Assembly: GCF_001194135.2 (NCBI RefSeq)
Contig: NC_068990.1
Span: 86,874,554-86,918,749 of the forward strand
Source of the DNA: Octopus bimaculoides
Taxonomy: Eukaryota
DNA length: 44,196 bases
Direction: 5' to 3'
The notes beneath the pieces were generated by a model. The model did not search any database and was not told where the DNA came from. It worked only from the letters and a program-made list of their open reading frames with translations. A program made the position numbers and the translations under genes. Of this stretch, positions 35,055-44,196 are shown in pieces. Every line of letters starts with the position of its first letter. Positions within the stretch are counted from its first letter, which is position 1.

Positions 35055-37319
35055 NNNNNNNNNNNNNNNNNNNNNNNNNNNNNNNNNNNNNNNNNNNNNN
35101 NNNNNNNNNNNNNNNNNNNNNNNNNNNNNNNNNNNNNNNNNNNNNNNNNNNNNNNNNNNNNNNNNNNNNNNNNNNNNNNNNNNNNNNNNNNNNNNNNNNN
35201 NNNNNNNNNNNNNNNNNNNNNNNNNNNNNNNNNNNNNNNNNNNNNNNNNNNNNNNNNNNNNNNNNNNNNNNNNNNNNNNNNNNNNNNNNNNNNNNNNNNN
35301 NNNNNNNNNNNNNNNNNNNNNNNNNNNNNNNNNNNNNNNNNNNNNNNNNNNNNNNNNNNNNNNNNNNNNNNNNNNNNNNNNNNNNNNNNNNNNNNNNNNN
35401 NNNNNNNNNNNNNNNNNNNNNNNNNNNNNNNNNNNNNNNNNNNNNNNNNNNNNNNNNNNNNNNNNNNNNNNNNNNNNNNNNNNNNNNNNNNNNNNNNNNN
35501 NNNNNNNNNNNNNNNNNNNNNNNNNNNNNNNNNNNNNNNNNNNNNNNNNNNNNNNNNNNNNNTATATATATATATATATATATATATGCACATTTTTTCG
35601 GTGAGACGTGAAGTACTGTGTAGATAGGAGGGCGGTAGCAAGCCCGTCAAGATTTTATTTTGATCGCTTGAAAGTTCACCACTTGAAGAAGATAAAATGG
35701 TTTGGTATCGTATTTAACAGTATTGTGGATTCCTGGTAATATTTGAAATCTTCTAAGAACGTTTGTAACAAAAAAGAGGGCACATTTTATGTCTAAATAC
35801 GAGCTATGTTAGCAATTTATAATGAAATGTGTGAGTGAACAAAATCGTTTAGAAAAGCGTTTGTATGGTTTCTTTAATTCATTTAGCTTGTATAAACTAC
35901 TTCCGAAATATGCTCAATATATTCTAGCTTAAATATGCGCACACCTCTCTCATATACACTTCCCTCTTATACATACATATACAAATGTGCACGTATATAT
36001 ATATATATATATATATATGTAGATTTATTTGTACACAGACACANNNNNNNNNNNNNNNNNNNNNNNNNNNNNNNNNNNNNNNNNNNNNNNNNNNNNNNNN
36101 NNNNNNNNNTTATGCGTTTGTGCGCGCATGTTTGTGCAAAGTAATCAAAAATTCAACAGGAATACAAAAGAAATAAAACTGCGACTGGTGCTTCATTTAA
36201 AATTTTCTATATTTAATTCGTTTTTATGTAACAGAAATTTATTGCAAAATTAAATCACTTGAAATATTAATTTTTCGTTAGTTGAACTTAGGAATTATGA
36301 ATGTAATTCCAATACAGTATATTAGATTAAATGTCGGATGTGTATTTGTCTCAGAAATATTTTAATAGCTATTTTCTGCCTGAATATTAAAATGTATTAG
36401 GAAGATGATGCATTTGCAGAATCGGTTAAGTGGAGAATAAAATGACGTATGCTATTTACTTGCCTACACTATATATATATGATAGCCAGTTCTCTTCTAT
36501 TGCCGTTACAATATTGAATGATCTTGCTGAGGAAATATATGTGCATTAATAATGTATTCCAAAATTTGGCAGGTAGTGTCACATATTGTAATATAATTCA
36601 GGCTTGAATCTGTCGAATAGTCTCAGTTTCGTGATTGGTAATTAATAGTAGTAATATGGGGGAATGCGCTGTAACAGCGCGTCGCTATACCCAGCATTCA
36701 TTAGTGATTCCGCGTGGTAGATGACATGTTTGAATCATTCAGGCAGCAACCCTCTAATGCAAGGATCTGTTTGGGTGTTCGTTGCTGGTGAGGGTTTTAC
36801 AAGGTCAGAGTGCAAAGCCTACCTCAATCTCTTTAGTCGCCTTTTGCTACACGGAGTGGAAACGGTGGCTCTATTCTTTCATAAGCAGATCCCCACACAC
36901 CACTAGAGCAACATGAAGTGAACTGGTTTAGCTCAATTCACTTGAGGAAATTGAATGAGTGATACTTATTTGACGGACTCCTGAATTATGGAACAAATGA
37001 AGTGGAAATAAATACTCACGTACTAGTTTTTCTCATAACACATCGAGACATGACTATGTATAGAAAGGAATAAATTGCAACATAAAGTACGACGTCCTCT
37101 GAATTCTGAAACTCCAGTCGAGGATTTACCACAGAAAGAGGAAAAATCTGTCAACAGAAGCATATCTTACTACATATTTTGCACGATTATTATATATGGT
37201 GAACCTATATATGCCTTACATAAACATATAAACGGATGTATATAGGCGAGCGCGTGCATACCTACTGCACACAAACTCAAACACGCACAACAGATGCGGG
37301 TATGTGTATATATGTATAT

Positions 37320-37325
37320 ATATAT

Positions 37326-37412
<87 letters not shown>

Positions 37413-37511
37413 GTCAGACAGATAGTGAGAGANNNNNNNNNNAGAGAGAGAAATATGGATATGGTTATATATCTATGCATGTATGTATATATACATGTAC
37501 GTATGTTGTGT

Positions 37512-37560
<49 letters not shown>
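37320..37560. repeat. (GA)n/(GACA)n/(GT)n microsatellites
   Basis: Seen directly. Confidence 0.95.
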
Positions 37561-37561
<1 letters not shown>

Positions 37562-38080
37562 GCTGCGATACTTCCTCAGGAGGAGACCTCTTTAAAGCTC
37601 TATTGCGTTTAAAAACAGCAAGTATCAAAGCTCTGGAAGTGAAATAGTATAACAGATATCGATATTTCGCGTTCATTTCCGCTCCTCAGCTTCATACCGT
37701 CATCCACCATCGAAACGATATCCTCCTGACAGCTACAGGTGTGTATACAAATAGCGTAAAAGCTATTTGCCGATGTGTCAATGGGACGCACAAGGAAAAA
37801 CAATTAGAATTTTGTTTGAAGCTGCTAAAATAATTGAAAGATTGTCAACATGATATACGCAACGTATTTGCTTTGGATGAAGTATAACAGCCACACAGTG
37901 TTTAACGACGCACGCACATTACGTATGTCATATTGATAATGTTTACATTATTTAAGCTGCCTAATACATTCATTGTATACATCCTTGTGACTTTTGTTGT
38001 CATTGGCTTTATTTTTGTTTTCAATTTCGATTTGCTAATGTGCGTGTGTGTATGTGTGTGTGTGTGTGTGTACATATATG

Positions 38081-38136
<56 letters not shown>

Positions 38137-38294
38137 AATATCTGTGGAATAACTAATTGTCATCAACGTTAAATGTGTATCTTTACACATATACACAAAT
38201 GCGCGCGCTCTCAGAAAAACACACAATGTCCATTATGCAATATCTCTGTGATTAGCAATTTAAAGCTATCAATCATGGGGATTCTTCTGTAGGC

Positions 38295-38548
38295 AGGATG
38301 CGTTCTGTCAGATGTATGACCCGGGAGCGCCAGCTCAGACTGCTTGGCCATGCTGCTCGATTGTCCGAGCTTAGCATGTTCTCTTCTTTGGGAATTAGAC
38401 TGGGTTGATAGTCCATGCTAATCGACTACATGCCACATGGTTATGACATGTAAGGAACTGTCTCGCGAAGATGGGGACTGACTAGGACTTGGGAATGTAC
38501 CGAAAAATGGTGAAAGCAGCAAGGAGCATATCCCCTTACCTGACCTGA
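38295..38548 (+). mobile_element. RTE LINE 3' end (decayed ORF C-terminus and CCTGACCTGA tail)
   Basis: MRSVRCMTRERQLRLLGHAARL ... HATWL ... YRKMVKAARSISPYLT* matches the RTE C-terminus (RERQLR..GHVAR, RGRP..TWL). It ends TTACCTGACCTGA. Confidence 0.85.
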
Positions 38549-38770
38549 ATCATGTGAGATCAGATATAAAATTTCTCTCACTATATAATACAAAAAAAAA
38601 GATATATTTTATATCCAGTGGATGAAGATATCCTTTATTGGCAGCATAAGATTACCTTAGCACGAAACCAATTCATACACACGTACATGCACACATATAT
38701 AAATATATATGTATGAATATATATGTATGNNNNNNNNNNNNNNNNNNNNNNNNNNNNNNNNNNNNNNTAT

Positions 38771-38809
38771 AGGCGCAGGCGTGGCTATGGGGTAAGAAGT
38801 TTGCTTCCC
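38771..38809 (+). mobile_element. SINE family B, head fragment
   Basis: AGGCGCAGGCGTGGCTATGGGGTAAGAAGTTTGCTTCCC matches the head of the 39004-39161 copy. Confidence 0.75.
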
Positions 38810-38818
38810 GATGACATG

Positions 38819-38985
38819 TACAGGGTCATCCCATAAATAACGAGGCTTTTTTATACTTCTTTTATTTTTCAAAATTAAGATAACCAAGGTTCTTTTTAAA
38901 TCTAAAATATACTCTCTTTCATTTTCTACAAAGCTCTTCCATTTAACTGCTTTTCCTGCAGATCCCATCTTCCAAAATTCTCTTG
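38819..38985 (-). mobile_element. Mariner 3' end (same family as the 13312 fragment)
   Basis: The - strand gives FWKMG...KWKSFVENEREYILD, then a TIR ending TTATTTATGGGATGACCCTG|TA, near-identical to the 13314 TIR. Confidence 0.88.
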
Positions 38986-39003
38986 TCCGTCACGAAATAT
39001 ACA

Positions 39004-39161
39004 CCTTCTTTCATTTTCCGTCTACCAAATCCATTCACAAGGCTTTGGTCGGCCCGAAGCTATAGTAGAAGAAACTTGCCCAAGGTACCACACAGTGGGA
39101 CTGAACCCGGAACCATATGGTTGGTAAGCAAGCAACTTACCACACAACCACTCCTGCGCCC
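39004..39161 (-). mobile_element. tRNA-derived SINE family B, 5' part
   Basis: Reverse complement GGGCGCAGGAGTGGTTGTGTGGTAAG ... GGTTCCGGGTTCAGTCCC has A-box and B-box-like motifs. Confidence 0.9.
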
Positions 39162-39489
39162 GTTTGATGAAATTAATGATATTTTCAAGGTAAGTATATC
39201 TCCCCTACTCGCTATCGAATACAATAATTTGTGTCTTTTATATATATCATCAACAAAGGTTGCTTAAGAAGAGGTAATGGCTGGCTTGCAACATTTGAAG
39301 TGATGTGTATATTTTGAAGTAGGGGAGTAAACCAGAATACATTCCTCTTTCTAGCTCTTTGCGAATGTACAATGGTATAATAAGCATAACACGCAGCTCT
39401 TGACCAGCACCTCGCCTGCGCAGATCATTGTGCTAATGAACATATCCCTATCGGCTAATGAGTTAAACAATCTATTATTTTCTGGAAAA

Positions 39490-39955
39490 AATAAAATGGA
39501 CCATCTTTAATTCTTTCAAAAGTTGGTCAGCGTCCAAAGAAGGTAAAGTTCCTCATCTGGTGGAAACGGAAGGACATTGTGTATTACGAGATCCTTCCTC
39601 AAAATCAGACGTTGAATCCAGGCACTTATTGTACCCAGTTAGACCAATTATAAGAGGGAATGAATGAAAGACATCCAGAATTGGCCTATCGGAAGGGCTT
39701 CGTGTTTCATCATAACAAAGCTAGAATCTCAGGTATTCTTGTAGATCCGGATGAAATTGGAGCAGGTTGTCTGAGATGCCTTACCACCCCATCATACTCA
39801 TCTGATCATGCGACCTTGAATTACTATTTATTTCGATCCTTACAAACATTTTCTTAACAGGAAGAACTTCAATTCTTTCAAAGGTTGTAAAAGCCACTTT
39901 GATTACTTCATGACCCGGGAATATGTCACGTTCTGGGAAGCTGGAATCAGAGGTA
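39490..39955 (+). mobile_element. Mariner transposase catalytic-domain remnant (pseudogenised)
   Basis: PKKVKFLIWW..IVYYEILPQNQTLN..YCTQLDQL*...RHPELAYRKGFVFHHNKAR...PSYSSDHATLNYYLFRSLQ / FLNRKNF matches mariner HPKKVML.WW, HQDNARPH and YSPDLAPSDYHLFRSL motifs. Confidence 0.93.
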
Positions 39956-40199
39956 GGGCGTCATTTCAGAGGGTTGCAGCCAAGTGTGACAAAAAGGATC
40001 TGATGAATTTGGGCGTGAGAAGTATGCAGTGAAAAGTATTCTATATTATCGATCAAAGAAGTGAAGAATACTTGCATTACGATGGTCACGTGACTCTTCA
40101 GCATTCACCAGTAAGATACATTTTACAGGTTTGTATGTAACCACGTCTAACGTTTCTCTATGCTGGTCATGTAATTTGCAGCACATACACACACATATT

Positions 40200-40590
<391 letters not shown>

Positions 40591-41140
40591 TACACAGGCA
40601 GACGCAGTTCTACACAAAGTCTGAATTTATTCAAAATGCAAATCACAAAGCAAGCAAGTATACATTCAACTAAAACACATTTATTAAGACAAAAGCTGTA
40701 GAGAATAGTTTATTATAACATAACAGTAAGTGTTCGGCAGATTATAAGGAGTGCAGTATTGAGTTTAACTTCAATAAATTCGTATGTTTATTTTTTTCAT
40801 TTACTTAGTAATTGCTTCCTTTGCTAAAGTTTTGCTACGTATTTTTGTTAAATCGATGTTTCAAAGAACCAAACATTGGTCTACAGGCAACATGTAACCA
40901 AAGAAACTATTATTCACAAATTATTGTATAAAACAGAAAAAGTGCTTCAATCTAACAATGAGTTTCCCCTCCTGCCCCCCCCACTTTCTAACGATTCTTT
41001 CATAACAGGTATTTATTATCTTCCAAGTGAATGCAACGTCGTCTACTTAAGTCTATCCTATCAAGCTTGTTTTTTTTGTGTGTGTGTGTCTTCAAAATAC
41101 TTAATCAAATATGACATGATACTTAATCTGCCAAAAATAA

Positions 41141-41174
<34 letters not shown>

Positions 41175-41649
41175 NNNNNNNNNNNNNNNNNNNNNNNNNN
41201 NNNNNNNNNNNNNNNNNNNNNNNNNNNNNNNNNNNNNNNNNNNNNNNNNNNNNNNNNNNNNNNNNNNNNNNNNNNNNNNNNNNNNNNNNNNNNNNNNNNN
41301 NNNNNNNNNNNNNNNNNNNNNNNNNNNNNNNNNNNNNNNNNNNNNNNNNNNNNNNNNNNNNNNNNNNNNNNNNNNNNNNNNNNNNNNNNNNNNNNNNNNN
41401 NNNNNNNNNNNNNNNNNNNNNNNNNNNNNNNNNNNNNNNNNNNNNNNNNNNNNNNNNNNNNNNNNNNNNNNNNNNNNNNNNNNNNNNNNNNNNNNNNNNN
41501 NNNNNNNNNNNNNNNNNNNNNNNNNNNNNNNNNNNNNNACGTGAGTGTATATATATATATATATATATATGTATATTTATGTATGTATGTATATGTATAT
41601 GCATGTATATACATACATATTCCGTATATATATATATATATATATATAC

Positions 41650-41698
<49 letters not shown>

Positions 41699-41954
41699 TG
41701 TAACACATATAGGTATGTATATATACATTTACACACAAACACACGCAGCCTTCTAGTTCCAAAAACTTGAAAAATAATTGGAAAAAATTTATCTGATTTC
41801 CATAAATAAAAATGCATTTCAAATTTAAAATTAAATTATTTACTGATGAGATCAATTAAGGTTAAACAACCAGTCAATCATCGTTGTAAATGTTATTATC
41901 ATCATCATACATAATGATAAATGATGAAAACGCTGTTATTGTTGGTAGTGAAAT

Positions 41955-41966
41955 TACTACTACTAG

Positions 41967-42018
<52 letters not shown>

Positions 42019-42050
42019 GCTGCTGCTGCCACTGCTACTACTGCTAATAC
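41955..42050. repeat. (ACT)n/(GCT)n trinucleotide microsatellite
   Basis: Seen directly. Confidence 0.95.
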
Positions 42051-43929
42051 TGCTAAATAAATACGAAACAGATTAGGCACGGTCCAGCCTTGCAAAACAA
42101 AACAAAAACAGAACGAATTATTCGGATGCATATACAAATACATACATGTATATATATATATGTGTGTGTTTGTATGTAATTATATATATATACATGCATA
42201 TATATATTTAAATATATATATATATACACATATATATATGTATATATGCATATATATATATATATATATATTCATATACACACGTGTATTTGTGTATGTA
42301 TCTATATGTACATGACATACCTCCATTTATATATATATATGCTCAACTTTATTACTAGTTCTGTTTTGTGCAGTACACGCCTCTATTTTCCTTTCGTAAT
42401 AATGTCGATAAAAAAAATCACCAACAAAAATAATCAGCATGACATCTCGATGATATAACAGACAATGAACAGATAATATACCTATTGATAAACTATAAAC
42501 TCCATGCTTTTCATATGAAGCTTGTCATTACTAATAAGGTTCTTCAATTCTAAATTTCTCCTCCACTTACACGTAACAAACACATACCATTTCATGTTAA
42601 GTATTTTGAGACAATCGTATGTTGCATTTGGATTTCAAACCTATCGATCATAGATTCAGTACGTTCTCGAGCGTGTGTCTGGGAAAGGGTGTTTGTGCAG
42701 TTTTTTGGAAACCTGTCTCATCTGCTAGAGCGGCCCCTATGACGGGCTTCCGAAATTTAATAGTCGCCTGGCGAAAGCTGAATGATTAAATTGAATGTTT
42801 TAGTTTCAGGTGTTAAACCACGGATAATAACGACCGCACTGATCCTTTTAGAATAGTGACTTTCATACTACAGTAGTTGTATTGTTCTGAGTACTGATAA
42901 AGCGTGCTGGAAAGGAATGCTGCACTAGCAAATTGTTATTTATACTACAAGTTGTTGTTAGCCAAGTTTTTCTAGCCCCAGATACATCGGCTGCTATGAT
43001 ACTAAGAACATTATCAAGGATTGTATTGTGTTCATTGTGAATGTTTTACGAGGCGTTCGTCCATTATACACAACCCAACTAAACATCGTTTGGAATTTGG
43101 AAATAATGGATCTTCCATCATTTTCCAGAATTGTCCTCTGTTTTCCGTAGTCACAAACAGCTTTTACATAGGTAGCTTGAAGTCTGAAGCTGCAATTTAA
43201 GACATTTTGCTCTTCCGTTCGTTGACAATTACTTTCTTATCACCAAACCAGGCAGTCAGCCTGACATTGTTTTAGCAGACACAAACACATACGAACACAC
43301 ATACACACATACGAACACACACACACGTATATTTATGTACATAAGTATCATCAATAATATTGATACGCCAATTTGTTTTTGTACGTACCTGACGCGTGCG
43401 TCACGCTAAAAAGAAAGAAATTGTTAAAGGAAATTTTCTTGCTTAAATAATTTTTTTTTAACTAGCACCTATGTGTTGTATTACTGTTTCTCAACACCCA
43501 TGTTTGCAGATGCTTACATTTTTTTATATTTCCTGTGAATTTTTCACGGGGTCCAGCTTGTGTACACAAATGTCTGTATAAATATATGTAAGGTGCTAAC
43601 CTGTTAGAACCCCATCTATGGATTAATTTGCATATCAGGGAACTGCCTCCAAAAGAAGGTCACTCGTAGATGCCTCAACGGACCCAGGGCAAATGAGGCC
43701 CTTTAACACATTAGCTGCTCATCTAAGAGAACGTAACTCAATAGATATCCTCCATCGTGATAAATGTGGCGTTTATTGCAACAGCCCCATATACATGTGA
43801 TGGACAAGATATAAGGGCTGATACTGCACAAATAATGTCCACTATCACCGAAAATATATTGGAAGCTTCAAAAAGGGATAAGGGATCTTTCGAATTACAT
43901 ATGAGCTTCTAATTATTCTCTGTTTACTC

Positions 43930-44045
43930 TGCTTCATTGACAATTTGAGGGTATAGAAAATGAAATTTGTCCAAGTCATGCAGCAGCATTGAACACTAAA
44001 CTTCATAGTTGTGATGAAAACGTTTCACCCAGTCTGCCATACTGT
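43930..44045 (-). mobile_element. Possible very old tRNA-SINE head fragment
   Basis: TGAAATTTGTCCAAG ... TTGAAC ... TAGTTGTGA ... GCCAT resembles an antisense tRNA-SINE head. Highly diverged. Confidence 0.3.
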
Positions 44046-44196
44046 TGCTACAAGTTCTAGTTAAATGAGGTTTTAAAATTAATTCTTATTCACTTCTGAA
44101 AATGTTCTTTTTCTCTGAAATATTCAGGAAAAAATCCGAATGATTTATCAACACGGAGTGAGGGGAATATATACAGATGGGAATATATAATATATA

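Noticed and set aside
40000-40045. CTGATGA...GAAA hammerhead-like spacing
   Set aside because: No credible stem II or III and no NUH positioned for stem I.
41843-41880. CTGATGAG...AAAC second hammerhead-like motif
   Set aside because: It lacks the G of GAAA and stem I does not pair.

Overview
AT-rich eukaryotic genomic DNA, mostly intronic or intergenic. It is dense in di-, tri- and tetranucleotide microsatellites and has many short-read N gaps next to (TA)n runs. The SINE families and the microsatellite load point to an octopus (coleoid cephalopod); this is inference from recalled repeat families. No complete gene, tRNA, rRNA or CRISPR array is supported, and nearly all ORF-track entries are repeat or gap artefacts. 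Supported content is about 12 tRNA-derived SINE copies or fragments from two main families, Tc1/mariner remnants from at least three lineages, and two to three decayed RTE-like LINE fragments. There is also a decayed Merlin (IS1595/ISXO2-like) transposase, a probable Penelope-like terminal repeat carrying a hammerhead-ribozyme core, and two cryptic decayed minisatellites. Several + strand segments have strong splice sites and open frames and could be exons of a large membrane-protein gene, including a 27-nt microexon. These exons are unverified because chance exon-like segments are common here. I found no evidence of a wholly new biological system. The best leads are the hammerhead motif, the Merlin remnant, the candidate exon chain and the inverted SINE pairs as possible A-to-I editing substrates.
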